DNA from: an uncultured Spirochaetales bacterium | Lineage (GTDB): Bacteria > Myxococcota_A > UBA9160 > SMWR01 | Assembly (NCBI GenBank): GCA_964624475.1 | Contig: CAZUYC010000083.1 | Coordinates: forward strand, 135,792-199,791 | Reading direction: 5' to 3' | DNA length: 64,000 nt | Shown: positions 1-9,854 of the stretch, one piece after another | How positions within the stretch are numbered: the stretch's first letter is position 1 | Layout of the letters: each line of letters begins with the position of its first letter | Translations under genes and position numbers: made by a program | The notes under the pieces: model-generated | What the model was told of the DNA's origin: nothing | Seen by the model: only the letters and a program-made list of their open reading frames with translations | Database searches by the model: none

Positions 1-2
1 AC

Positions 3-755
3 CGCGAGACGCTGCTGCGCTGGTCGGACGAGCTCCTCGGGGGCGGCGAGCTCGCAGAGATCGCGGACGAGGCGGAGATCCGGGCGCGCCAGGCTGCCGT
101 CGCCATGGAGTACTGGGCCTACGCGCGCCAGGTGATCGCGGACCGCCGCCAGGAACCGCGCGACGACCTGATGTCGATCCTGGTGCACGCCGAGCTCGAC
201 GGCGACAGGCTCAGCGAGGACGAGATCCTCCAGGAGAGCCTGCTGATCCTGATCGGAGGCGACGAGACCACGCGCCACGTGATGACGGGAGGCCTCCTCG
301 AGCTGATCCGCAACCCCGACGAGAAGCGCAAGCTCGTCCGCGAGCCGCGCAAGATCGCCGGCGCCGTGGAGGAGATGCTGCGCTGGGTGAGCCCGATCCA
401 GAACATGAACCGCACGCTGGTCCGCGACACGCTGCTGCGCGGGCAGCGCCTGCGCGAAGGCGACCGCATGCTGCTGCTCTATCCGTCGGGGAACCGCGAC
501 GCGAGCGCCTTCGCCGACCCCGACCGCTTCGACGTCGAGCGCGAGCCGAACCGCCACGTCGCCTTCGGCGGCTTCGGGACGCACCACTGCCTCGGCGCGA
601 CGCTCGCGCGCCTCGAGCTTCGCGTCCTCTTCGAGGAGCTGCTGCTGCGCCTCCCCGACATCGAGCTCGCGACGAGCGAGCCGCTCCCCGTGCGGCCGAG
701 CACCTTCATCGTCGGCCTCGAGTCGATGCCCGTGCGCTTCACGCCCGGCGGCTAG
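3..755 (+). CDS. Cytochrome P450, C-terminal part (5' end upstream of window)
   Basis: Frame is open from base 3. Contains EEMLRW (ExxR) and the heme-thiolate loop FGGFGTHHCLGATLA. Confidence 0.9.
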   Translation, partial: RETLLRWSDELLGGGELAEIADEAEIRARQAAVAMEYWAYARQVIADRRQEPRDDLMSILVHAELDGDRLSEDEILQESLLILIGGDETTRHVMTGGLLELIRNPDEKRKLVREPRKIAGAVEEMLRWVSPIQNMNRTLVRDTLLRGQRLREGDRMLLLYPSGNRDASAFADPDRFDVEREPNRHVAFGGFGTHHCLGATLARLELRVLFEELLLRLPDIELATSEPLPVRPSTFIVGLESMPVRFTPGG

Positions 756-1266
756 GTTCCAGCCTCCCAGAAGCGGCGCCAGCTGGCGAGGCTCTCGGGC
801 AGCGTGCCGCGGCCGGTGTGGCCCTGCGGCCCCTTCGCGGGGGGCTGGAGCAGGGGGCTCTGCGGCTCCTCGACGCCGTACCAGAGCAGGTGCTTGCGCC
901 GCGCGAAGTACCAGCGGCCGCCGCGGCACGCGTAGGAGTCGTCGTAGCGGATCGCCTGGCGGATCCAGCGCTCGCCGTCCTGGATCTGCGCCATGCAGTA
1001 GACGATGCCCCGCGCGTGATCGTCGTCGTCGAAATCGATCACGTGGTTGCCCACGAAGAGGATCGAGACGCCGATCGCGCGCAGCTGCCGCTCGAAGTCG
1101 CGGCGCAGCGCCTCGCGCCGTCCCGCCCGACGCGCACGTCGTCGACGAAGAGCGCCACGAGCGCGTCGAGATCGCGAGAGTCGATCGCGACGGCGTAGCG
1201 GTGCGCGAGCTCGCGGATCTCGTCGCGCGCGAGCAACCTCGCGAGGGCGTCCATGCCTCCCTCCAC
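752..1266 (-). pseudogene. SnoaL-like/NTF2-fold protein with one frame break
   Basis: The N-terminal ORF (1039..1266, MEGGMDALARLLARDEIRELAHRYAVAIDSRDLDALVALFVDDVRVGRDG) continues in another frame. My translation there reads EALRRDFERQLRAIGVSILFVGNHV and runs into ORF 752..1054. The break is near 1111..1122. Confidence 0.7.
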
Positions 1267-1327
1267 GGCCGCGCCGATGGTGTCATATCGGCCCGTCCAG
1301 CGCCTCCCGGAGGAGAGCGATCGCTTG

Positions 1328-2302
1328 CTACGGAGCGGGCCCGGCCGCGGTCGGCACCGGAGCGCGTCGCGGCGGCGAGTCAGCGACGGGCGACCCGAGC
1401 CAGCGGCGGAGGTAGGTCAGGATCCGCCGCCGGTATTCTTCGGGCTCCGCCCCCAGGATCGCTCCGTGCTCGCCGCGCTCGGCGATCCAGAGCTCCTTCG
1501 GCTCGCGCGCCGCCGCGAAGAGCGCCTCGACGGAGGTCGCGACCGCCACGCGATCGCCGGCGCTTCCGATCAGGACGAGCGGCGTCGCGATGCGCCCGAC
1601 GACGTCGATCGGCCGGAGCTCGCCGAGCGCGCCGACGCGCAGCAGCGCGAGCTCGGCCGCCGCGCGCCGGAGCCACTCGGGAGTCCGCGGCAGGCGCGAG
1701 CGCGCGAGCTCGTCGAGGCTCGCCAGGGGGACCTCCGCGAGCACCAGGTCGATGTCGCGGTCGCCGGCGGCCGCCAGCAGGGCGGCGCTCGCGCCGAGCG
1801 AGATCCCGAAGACCGCCACGCCGCGATGGCCTCGATCGCGCTTCAAGTAGCGGACGGCCGCGGAGACGTCGTGGAGCTCGCGGTAGCCGAGCCCGCTGCC
1901 TCGCGCCGCGCCGTCGCTCGCACCGTGGCCGCGCAGGTCGAAGAGCAGGAGCGTGTAGCCCGCCTCGTGGAGGAAGGGCAGGTGGTCCAGGAAGGCGCGC
2001 CGGTCCTGGCCGGCGCCGTGGACGAAGGCGATGGCGTACGGGGCCCCCGGCTCCGCGGGCACGAGCCAGCCGTCGAGCTCGCTCCCGCCCGCGGTCCGGA
2101 AGCGCACCGACTCGAAGGAGAGGCCGGCAGCGGTCTGCGGGTCGAGCCGCGCGCTCGCGCCGGGGGGTCCCTCGCGCGGGTGCGCGGAGCCCTCGGCGTG
2201 GATCAGCCGCTCGGAGCCGCGCCACACGATCGCCGCCGCGCCGAGGCAGCCGAGCAGCGCTGCGAGCGCGAGCCAGCCGAGCGCGCGCAGCGCGAGCCTC
2301 AC
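1328..2302 (-). CDS. Alpha/beta hydrolase with N-terminal membrane anchor
   Basis: Hydrophobic N-terminus LALRALGWLALAALLGCLGAAAIV, HGAGQD, and nucleophile elbow GISLG. GTGA start/stop overlap with the upstream SDR gene. Confidence 0.85.
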   Translation of the reverse strand: MRLALRALGWLALAALLGCLGAAAIVWRGSERLIHAEGSAHPREGPPGASARLDPQTAAGLSFESVRFRTAGGSELDGWLVPAEPGAPYAIAFVHGAGQDRRAFLDHLPFLHEAGYTLLLFDLRGHGASDGAARGSGLGYRELHDVSAAVRYLKRDRGHRGVAVFGISLGASAALLAAAGDRDIDLVLAEVPLASLDELARSRLPRTPEWLRRAAAELALLRVGALGELRPIDVVGRIATPLVLIGSAGDRVAVATSVEALFAAAREPKELWIAERGEHGAILGAEPEEYRRRILTYLRRWLGSPVADSPPRRAPVPTAAGPAP

Positions 2303-3128
2303 GACCCGCCCGCCGGCGCCGAGCTCCGCCGCGGGCGGCCGTGGAGCGGTCCCGCCGGGAGCCGTCCGTCCACGTCGCGGAAGCCGTACTCGAGCGCGAG
2401 GTCGTGGGAGGTCCAGGCGCGTCCGCTGCGCCGCAGCACACCCGGGTCGCAGGCCAGCGCTACGACAGCGCGGCCGGTGAAGGTCTGCGACTCCGCGGAC
2501 TCGAAGTCGAGCGCCGGCATCGCGCCGCGGATCGATTGCACGCGCTCGGTCAGCGCGAGCCCGGGCCAGAGCGAGACGACCGCGACCCGGTGCTCGCGCA
2601 GCTCGTGGCCGCTGTCCGCGGTCAGGCGGTCGAGGGCCGCCTTGCCGACGCCGTAGGCCACGTGCCAGGCGTACTCGGCTGCTCCCGACGAGGAGACGTT
2701 CACGATCAGACCCGACCCCTGCGCCGTCATCGCGCGCGCGGCGAAGACGCTCGCGACGTAGGCCGAGCGGGTCCCCACGTCGATCATGTCGTCCCAGTTC
2801 GAGATCGGGTTGAGCCAGAAGGGGCGGCCCGAGACGAGCTCCTTCGGGATCAGGAAGGCGTTGTTCACGAGCACGTCGAGGCGCCCCTGCTCCTTGTTCA
2901 CCCTCTCGAAGAGCGCCTCGACCTGCGCGTCGTCGCGGTGGTCGCAGGCGACCGCGACGCCGCGGCCGCCGGCGGCCGCGATCTCGGCGGCCGTCGCGGT
3001 GATCGCGCCAGGGTGCGGCCGCTCAGGTACACCGTGGCGCCCGCGGCCGCGAGCTCGAGAGCGCAGCCCTTGCCGATGCCGCGGCTCGCCCCCGTGACGA
3101 CCGCGACCCTCCCGTCGAGGCCCCCCAT
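2299..3128 (-). pseudogene. Short-chain dehydrogenase/reductase (SDR) with a frame break
   Basis: The N-terminal ORF 2898..3128 carries TGASRGIGKG. The remainder (PGAITATAAEIAAAGGRGVAVACDHRDDAQVEALFERVNKEQGRLDVLVNNA ... YGVGKAAL) is in another frame. The junction is near 3005..3020. Confidence 0.75.
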
Positions 3129-3386
3129 GCCTAGGGCTCGCGGGCGGCGCCGCGCGCCGACCTCATCGCTGCGCCGCCGCGAGGACGCCGCGCAGGATCG
3201 CCGCGTCGTCGTGGTATCGCGACGAAGCTCACCTCGGAACCTCCGCGCGCCCGGTCGCGGTCTCCCACCGCGAATCAGCCGGTGTGGCGCCTCGATCTGC
3301 TTGTCGGCTCGCGCACCACTCTAACACACGCGGCGCGACCCTCCGGTCCCGCCGGCGCCGCGCTCGTCGCGTACAATGGCTGCCGC

Positions 3387-4919
3387 GTGGAGCCGATCCT
3401 CGAGACCGATGCCGGCCCCGTGCGAGGCGCGCGGGAGGAGGGCCTCGCGGTATTCCGCGGCATCCCCTATGCCGAGCCGCCGCTCGGGGCCCTGCGCTTC
3501 GAGCCGCCTTGCGGGCCTCGGCGCTGGGACCGCGTGCGCGACGCCACGCGTTTCGGGCCGGCCCCGCCGCAGGTCGCGGAGGCGTGGGTGGAGCGCCTCT
3601 CGCTCCTCGGCGACCTCCCGATCGACGAGGACTGCCTCACGCTCAACGTCTGGACGCCCGGTGCACGCGGCGCCCGGCCGATCCTCGTCTGGATTCCGGG
3701 CGGCGCCTTCGTGAGCGGGACCGGCGCGGCTCCCCTCTACGACGCGCGGCGGCTCGTGCGGCGCGGCGATGTCGTGGTGGTGACGATGAACTACCGTGTC
3801 GGCGCGCTCGGCTTCCTGCACCTCGACGGCACGGGAGGCATCGAGGCGGCGAACCTCGGGCTCCAGGACCAGCTCGCGGCGCTCGCCTGGGTGCGCGCGC
3901 ACGCGACCCGCCTCGGCGGCGACCCCGGGCGGATCGCGGTCTTCGGCGAGTCCGCGGGCGCCGGGAGCATCGCGGCGCTGCTCGCAATGCCGAGCGCGCG
4001 CGGAGCCTTCCGCCGCGCGATCGTGCAGAGCCCCGCCTGCGAGGGGATGATCCGCCCCGACGCGGCCGCGCCCCGCACCGCGAAGCTCCTCGGCAAGCTC
4101 GGCCTGGCGCCCGCCTCCGCCGCGCGCCTGCGCGAGGTCCCCGTCGGGCGCATCCTCGCGGCGCAGGCCGAGTGCCTCGCGGAGGGGCCGTATGCGACGG
4201 GGATGCTCTTCCCGCCGGTGCTCGACGGGAAGATCCTGCCCGAGCTCCCGCTCGAGGCCGTGCGGCGCGGCGCGGCGCGCGAGATCGCGCTCGCGATCGG
4301 CACGACGGCCGACGAGATGATGCTCTACGGCGCGGACGAGCCGGCGGGCATCCCCGACGCGGCGCGGGCGTCGATCCTCGCGGGCCAGCTCCGCGGCGAG
4401 CCCGCGCGGCGCGAGGCGGACGCGAGGCGACTCCTCGACGCCTACCGCGCTGCGCGCGCCGCACGCGGCGCGAGCAGCGCCGAGCGCGACCTCTTCTACG
4501 CGATCCTCTCCGATCTCCACCTGCGCGTCCCGGCCGTGCGCCTCGCCGAGGCGCAGGCGCGCCACCAGCCCGACACCTGGATGTACCTCTTCGCCTGGCG
4601 CTCGCCGCTGCGCGGCGGCGCCTTCGGCTCCTGCCACGCCTTGGACCTCCCCTTCACCTTCGGGAACCTCGACCTCCCCGGCATCGCGGAGTTCGCAGGG
4701 AGCGGGCCGGCGCCGGAGCGGCTCTGCCGCGACTGGATGGATGCCTGGCTCGCCTTCGCGCGGGACGGCGACCCCGCGCACGCCGGGATCGGGCTCTGGC
4801 CTCGTTACACTGAAAAGAGTCGGATCACCATGGTCTTCGGCGAGAAGTCCGGCGCGCTGGACGCGCCGCTCGAGGCGGAGCGCGCCGTCTGGGACGCGCT
4901 CGGGCGCCCGGGCGCGTGA
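3387..4919 (+). CDS. Type B carboxylesterase/lipase (para-nitrobenzyl esterase-like)
   Basis: PILETDAGPVRG, FRGIPYAEPPLGALRF and catalytic-Ser motif FGESAGAGS. The start is uncertain: in-frame GTG at 3387 fits the family N-terminus, while the track ORF opens at GTG 3282. Confidence 0.88.
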   Translation: MEPILETDAGPVRGAREEGLAVFRGIPYAEPPLGALRFEPPCGPRRWDRVRDATRFGPAPPQVAEAWVERLSLLGDLPIDEDCLTLNVWTPGARGARPILVWIPGGAFVSGTGAAPLYDARRLVRRGDVVVVTMNYRVGALGFLHLDGTGGIEAANLGLQDQLAALAWVRAHATRLGGDPGRIAVFGESAGAGSIAALLAMPSARGAFRRAIVQSPACEGMIRPDAAAPRTAKLLGKLGLAPASAARLREVPVGRILAAQAECLAEGPYATGMLFPPVLDGKILPELPLEAVRRGAAREIALAIGTTADEMMLYGADEPAGIPDAARASILAGQLRGEPARREADARRLLDAYRAARAARGASSAERDLFYAILSDLHLRVPAVRLAEAQARHQPDTWMYLFAWRSPLRGGAFGSCHALDLPFTFGNLDLPGIAEFAGSGPAPERLCRDWMDAWLAFARDGDPAHAGIGLWPRYTEKSRITMVFGEKSGALDAPLEAERAVWDALGRPGA

Positions 4920-6538
4920 GGCCCGCTCCCGCCCAGGGCCCCGCGGCGCACGGCCTGCGCCCGCCGGCGGCGCGGCCCGCGATCCCGGGCGGGGGGCCGC
5001 AGGGCGTGGCCGAGGTGCTGGACCGCGCCCTCGCCGAGGACCCGGCGCGCGAGGCGCTGGTCGGCCGCCACGGTCGCCTCGGCTACGCCGCGCTCGACGA
5101 CGCCGCGAACCGGGCCGCCGCGGCGCTCGCGGAGCTCGGCGTCCGGCCCGGCGACCGCGTCGCCGCGTGCCTCCCGAACGACGTCGACCTCGTCGTGGCC
5201 TTCCTCGCCTGCATGCGCATGGGAGCGCTCTGGGTCGGCGTGAACCGCGTGCTGGCGATGCCCGAGAAGGCCTTCCTGCTGCGCGACTCGGGAGCAGCGG
5301 TGCTGCTCGCTGCGCCCGACCTGGCCGGCGCGCTCGCCGCGGAGCGGCGCGACCTCCCCGAGCTCGCCCACGTCGTGGTCGTCGATCCCGGCGGTCCCGG
5401 CGACGCCTGGCAGGCGCGCCTCGCGGGCGCGGCGGGCGCTCGCCGCCCCGAGCTCGCGGTCGATCCCTTCGCCCCCGCCGCGATCGCCTACACGAGCGGC
5501 ACGACCGGGCGGCCGAAGGGGGCCGTCCACAGCCAGCACAACCTGCTCCTGCCGGGGTCCGTCGCGTGCGCGACGGGGCGCTACCCGCCGGGCGTGCGCA
5601 TGGGGGTGGTCCTCCCGCTCACGCTGACGAACCTCGTGGTCCTGGGGCCCCTCGTCGCGTTCCAGCTCGGGAGCTGCTGCGTCGCGATCGACCGCGTCGA
5701 CCCCGAGGGCCTGGCCGAGTGGATCCGCCGCGAGCGCGTCGGGAGCTTCGCGGGCGTCCCGACGATCTTCCACGATCTGCTGACACACCCGGATGTGAAG
5801 CCCGAGGACCTGGCCTCGCTCGTCGCCCCCGAGGTCGGCGGCGCCGAGTGCCCGGAGGAGTTCCGCGCGCTCTACCGCGAGCGCTTCGGCGCCGAGGTGC
5901 GCGTGGGCTACGGCATGACGGAGGCGCCGACGGCGGTGACGTGGTCCGGCGGAGAGGCATCCTCGCAGCCCGGTCTGTGCGGGTGCGCGCAGCCGCAGGT
6001 CGAGATCGCGATCCTCGGCGAGGGCGATCGGCGGCTCGGCCCCGGCGAGGTCGGCGAGATCTGCGTCGGGCCCGCGCGGGAAGGGCCGTGGGCGGGCATC
6101 TACACCCCGATGCTCGGCTACTGGGACCAGCCCGAGGCGACCGCCGAAGCGCTCCGCGGCGGGCTCTATCACACGGGCGACCTCGGCTGCCTCGACGCCG
6201 AGGGAACGCTCTGGATCCGCGGGCGGCGGAGCGACCTCATCCTGCGCGGCGGTGCGAACGTCTACCCGGCCGAGGTCGAGCGCGCGATCCAGGAGATCCC
6301 CGGCGTCGCCGGCTGCGCCGTGCTCGGGATCCCCGACCGCCGCCTCGGCCAGCGCGTGGTCGCGGCCGTCGAGCCCGCGGCCGGAGCAAGGCTCTCCGCC
6401 GAGGAGATCCAGGCCCACCTCGCGCCGCGCCTCGCGCGCTACAAGCTCCCGGAGCGCATCGAGATCGTGGCGAAGCTCCCGCGCAACGCGATGAGCAAGG
6501 TGGTGAAGCGCGAGCTCGAGGGGCTGTTCCGAGGCTGA
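4916..6538 (+). CDS. AMP-dependent acyl-CoA synthetase/ligase
   Basis: AMP-binding motif YTSGTTGRPKGAV plus YGMTE and GDLG motifs. GTGA overlap with the esterase stop. Confidence 0.9.
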   Translation: MRPAPAQGPAAHGLRPPAARPAIPGGGPQGVAEVLDRALAEDPAREALVGRHGRLGYAALDDAANRAAAALAELGVRPGDRVAACLPNDVDLVVAFLACMRMGALWVGVNRVLAMPEKAFLLRDSGAAVLLAAPDLAGALAAERRDLPELAHVVVVDPGGPGDAWQARLAGAAGARRPELAVDPFAPAAIAYTSGTTGRPKGAVHSQHNLLLPGSVACATGRYPPGVRMGVVLPLTLTNLVVLGPLVAFQLGSCCVAIDRVDPEGLAEWIRRERVGSFAGVPTIFHDLLTHPDVKPEDLASLVAPEVGGAECPEEFRALYRERFGAEVRVGYGMTEAPTAVTWSGGEASSQPGLCGCAQPQVEIAILGEGDRRLGPGEVGEICVGPAREGPWAGIYTPMLGYWDQPEATAEALRGGLYHTGDLGCLDAEGTLWIRGRRSDLILRGGANVYPAEVERAIQEIPGVAGCAVLGIPDRRLGQRVVAAVEPAAGARLSAEEIQAHLAPRLARYKLPERIEIVAKLPRNAMSKVVKRELEGLFRG

Positions 6539-6548
6539 AAGCCCCAAG

Positions 6549-7781
6549 CTAACCGGGCTTCAGCTCGATCTCCAGCTTCTTGGGCACGCGGAACAGCGAC
6601 GGCCCCCAGGCGATGCGGCCGGCCGCGCGGGAGAGCTCCTTGGTGCGGGCGGCCAGCGCGCCGAGCGCCTCCTGCGCCTCCATGCGCGCGAGGTGGGCGC
6701 CGAGACACAAGTGCGTGCCGCCGCCGAAGCCGAGGTGCTCGTTGTCGCGCCGCTCGACGTCGAAGCGCTCGGGGTCGAGGAAGCGCTCCGGGTCGCGGTT
6801 CGCCGACCAGATCGAGAGCCAGACCGTGGTGTCCTTCTCGATGCTGCGCCCGTCGAAGACCGCGTCGGCGTGGAGCACGCGCGTGGTCATGCCGACCGGG
6901 CTCTCGTAGCGCAGGCACTCCTCGACCGCGCTCGCAGCCAGCTCCGGCCGCGTGCGGAGCTTTGCGAGCTGGTCGGGGTGGTCGATCAGGTTCCTGGCGC
7001 CGAGCCCGATCAGGCCGACCGTGGTCTCGAAGCCGGCCACGAGCAGCCCGATCGATTGGATCAGGAGCTCCTCGGGCGAGAGCCTGTCCCCCTCTTCTTC
7101 GGCGCGGATCAGCACCGAGAGCAGGTCGTCGCCGAGGCGCCCGCGGCGCTCCGCGATCAGGCCCTGGAAGTAGATCGCGAGCTCGCCCGCGGCCGCTTCG
7201 ACGCGGACGCGCTCTTCGCCCTCGAGGAAGACGCCGCGCAGCAGGTGGGTCGAGACCGCGGTCCACCCGGTGAAGCGCTCGCGATCGGCCGTCGGGACGC
7301 CCAGCATCTCGCAGATCAGCTGGGACGGGAGCGGATGGGCGAGGCCCGCGACCAGGTCGAAGCGGCCGGCCTCGAGCGCGGGCTCGAGCAGCTCCGTCAC
7401 GATCTCCCGCACGCGCGGACGCCAGCGCTCGACGGCGCGCGGCGTGAAGGCCTTCGATACGAGCTTGCGCAGCCGCGTGTGGTTCGGCGGGTCCTGCTGG
7501 AGCATGAACTGCCCCCCGCTCGGGCCCGCGCCGCCCATCGCGGTGCCGGTCGACGATCCGTCGGCCCGCCGCACGCCGCAGGGCAGCTCCTTGAGCACGC
7601 GCACGCAGTCGCGGTAGCGAAACAGCCGCCAGAGACCGGCCGGCGTCTCGTTCACCGGCCAGCGCTCGCGGAGGCGCGCGAGGTGCGGGAAGGGATCGTC
7701 CTGGCGGTCCGCGTCGAATAGCGTCGGATCGTAGTCGTGCCAGGAGGGCTCGGGCTCGTGGGCACGATCGGGGTGGGTCAT
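6549..7781 (-). CDS. Cytochrome P450
   Basis: ECLRYESP (ExxR) and heme loop FGGGTHLCLGAHLA. ATG at 7781 is preceded by GGAGAG, so the track ORF start at 7988 is probably too long. Confidence 0.9.
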   Translation of the reverse strand: MTHPDRAHEPEPSWHDYDPTLFDADRQDDPFPHLARLRERWPVNETPAGLWRLFRYRDCVRVLKELPCGVRRADGSSTGTAMGGAGPSGGQFMLQQDPPNHTRLRKLVSKAFTPRAVERWRPRVREIVTELLEPALEAGRFDLVAGLAHPLPSQLICEMLGVPTADRERFTGWTAVSTHLLRGVFLEGEERVRVEAAAGELAIYFQGLIAERRGRLGDDLLSVLIRAEEEGDRLSPEELLIQSIGLLVAGFETTVGLIGLGARNLIDHPDQLAKLRTRPELAASAVEECLRYESPVGMTTRVLHADAVFDGRSIEKDTTVWLSIWSANRDPERFLDPERFDVERRDNEHLGFGGGTHLCLGAHLARMEAQEALGALAARTKELSRAAGRIAWGPSLFRVPKKLEIELKPG

Positions 7782-8119
7782 GGAGCTCTCCGTGTAGAGG
7801 GAGCGCGCCGCGGGGCGGCGGCGCGCATGCGTCGCTTCCTCGAGTTGCGCGGGTAAGCGCGGCGTATCTCGACTCGTCCTTCCTTCTTGCGATCCTTCTC
7901 GGCGAGCCCCGCGCGCGCTCGCTGCAGTGCCTCCTCGAGCGCTTCGACGAGGGACGCGACACGAGGGGAGTATTCCGGATCTGGTCATGATGGTTCAAGT
8001 ACGACCCGGCGGCTCCCGGTTCCGCGGGCCGGCGCCGCAGCCCATCGGCGGGACGAGGAGATTGACTGGGCCTTGCGCGAGTCGTAGGGTGCCGATGGGG
8101 GGCGTGAACGAGGTGCTCG

Positions 8120-8443
8120 ATGCCCAAGTACTTGCTCGAAGCCGACTACTCGACGGAGGGTACGAAGGGACTGCTCAAGGAGGGCGGGTCGAAGCGACGC
8201 GCGGCCGTGGAGGCATCCGTCAAGAGCCTGGGCGGCAAGGTGGAGGCGTTCTACTTCACCTATGGCGTGCGCGATGCCATTACCATCGTCGACCTGCCCG
8301 ACGGCGTGTCCGCTCTTGCCCTGTCGCTGACGGTCAGCGCCTCGGGCTCGGTCGCCTTCACGACGACGCCCCTCATCACCCCCGAGGAGGTCGATCAGGC
8401 CGCGAAGAAGACCGTGCGCTACCGGGTGCCGGGCGGGAAGTGA
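8120..8443 (+). CDS. GYD domain protein
   Basis: 107 aa. MPKYLLEADYSTEGTKGLLKEGGSKRRAAVEASVKSLGGKVEAFYFTYG matches the GYD family pattern. Confidence 0.85.
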   Translation: MPKYLLEADYSTEGTKGLLKEGGSKRRAAVEASVKSLGGKVEAFYFTYGVRDAITIVDLPDGVSALALSLTVSASGSVAFTTTPLITPEEVDQAAKKTVRYRVPGGK

Positions 8444-8611
8444 TGCCGCGGCGTTCGGCTACGAGCACCTGGGGCACTTCATCGGTGCGCCATGGGCCGC
8501 CACCCGGTCGTCGGGCAGCGGATTCCTCTCGATAGCGAGCTCACCGCTGCGCCGGGCGGGGTGGCGCCATTCCCTGTCAGGGAATCGCCGCCGTTCCCCG
8601 CCCGCGGCATC

Positions 8612-9426
8612 ATGGGGATGTCATCGGGATGGGAGGTCCCCGCCCTGGGCGCCCCGGCCGCGAGCCCCTTCGGAGCGCTGCTGCGCCAGTGGCGCGGGCT
8701 GCGCGGCCTCTCGCAGCTCGCGCTCGCCGGCGAGGCGGCGACGACGACCCGCCACCTCTCGTTCCTCGAGACCGGGCGCGCGAGCCCGAGCCGCGAGATG
8801 GTGCTGCGCCTCGCCGAGGCGCTCGACGTGCCGTTGCGCGAGCGCAACGCGCTGCTCGAGGCGACGCCGTCGAGCTCGGGCCGATCCGGCGCGTGATCGC
8901 GCTGCTCCTCGAGGCGGCCGAGCCCTTCCCGGCCGTGGTGGTGGACCGCGCCTACGACGTCGTGCTCGCGAACGCGGCGATGACGCGCTTCTTCTCGCGC
9001 CTGCTCCCGCCCGGAGAGCTCGCCGCGCTCGGGCGCACGAACCTGATGCGCGCGACCTTCCACCCGCGCGGCCTGCACCGCTTCGTCCTGAACTGGGCGG
9101 AGGTGGCGCCGGTGCTCATCGGCCGCCTCCAGCGCGAGGCGCAGCGCTGCCCGGCGGGCGACCCCGTGCGCCTGCTGGTCGACGAGGTGCTCGCCTACCC
9201 GGGGATCGTGCCCGAGTGGAGGTTCCCGAGCCTCGAGCGACCGCTCCCGCCCGTGATCGCGATGCACTTGAAGCGCGGGGACCTCGAGGCGCGGGTCTTC
9301 GGCGCGATCACCACGCTCGGGACGCCGCAGGACGTGACGCTCCAGGAGCTGCGCATCGAGACCTTCCTGCCCGCCGACGCCGCGACCGAGGAGCTGGCCC
9401 GTCAGCTCGCAGCCCATTCCCTCTGA
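8612..9426 (+). pseudogene. XRE-HTH / MmyB-like transcriptional regulator with a frame break
   Basis: The HTH part (LRQWRGLRGLSQLALAGEAATTTRHLSFLETGRASPSREMVLRLAEAL) is in ORF 8492..8896. The MmyB-like ligand domain (PFPAVVVDRAYDVVLANAAMTRFF...) is in ORF 8629..9426. The junction is near 8861..8872. Confidence 0.75.
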
Positions 9427-9496
9427 GGGAATGGATTCGCGGCGGCTCGCGGCGCATGCTGGCCCCCGCGCGCCCGGCACTCCCGGAGGATCCGCC

Positions 9497-9808
9497 ATGC
9501 GCCTCGCACTCCTCGGTCTCGTGCTGCTCGCCTTCTCCGCCCTGACCGTCCACGCCACGCTCGAGCACGGCTACGTCGGCGTCTTCGAGGCGATGGGGGC
9601 GAACGCGGCCACCCGGCTCGGCTTCGTCGACCTCTCGCTCTCGCTCGGCCTCGTGCTCTTGTGGATGCGGCGCGACGCCGGCGAGCGCGCGCTCCCCTTC
9701 TGGCCCTACGCGCTCGGGACGCTGGCCCTCGGCGTGGCCGGGCCGCTCGCCTACCTGATCCACCGCGAGCTCCAGCACGCACCCGCGGGCGCCGTGCAGC
9801 GCGCCTAG
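9497..9808 (+). CDS. Small integral membrane protein (DUF2834-like)
   Basis: About three hydrophobic helices. ATG at 9497 is preceded by GGAGGA. The family assignment is from recalled pattern only. Confidence 0.55.
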   Translation: MRLALLGLVLLAFSALTVHATLEHGYVGVFEAMGANAATRLGFVDLSLSLGLVLLWMRRDAGERALPFWPYALGTLALGVAGPLAYLIHRELQHAPAGAVQRA

Positions 9809-9854
9809 AGTCCGTGATCCCCGTTCCGCGCGCCCGCTCGAAAGAAGGAGTCCC

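Noticed and set aside
1201-3324. A 707-aa plus-strand ORF, and similar giant ORFs: 15483..19304 (-), 25008..28232 (-), 36643..40098 (-), 40280..44398 (-), 60734..63934 (-), 52953..55655 (+).
   Set aside because: They are Arg/Ala/Pro/Gly-rich low-complexity translations lying antisense or out of frame to genes with clear catalytic motifs. This is the typical stop-codon-poor artefact of very high GC.
7782-8119. A possible small gene in the P450/GYD divergent spacer (peptide VEALEEALQRARAGLAEKDRKKEGRVEI on the minus strand).
   Set aside because: That frame has no in-frame start codon after the preceding stop, and the remainder is Arg-rich. It is likely non-coding or ancient debris.
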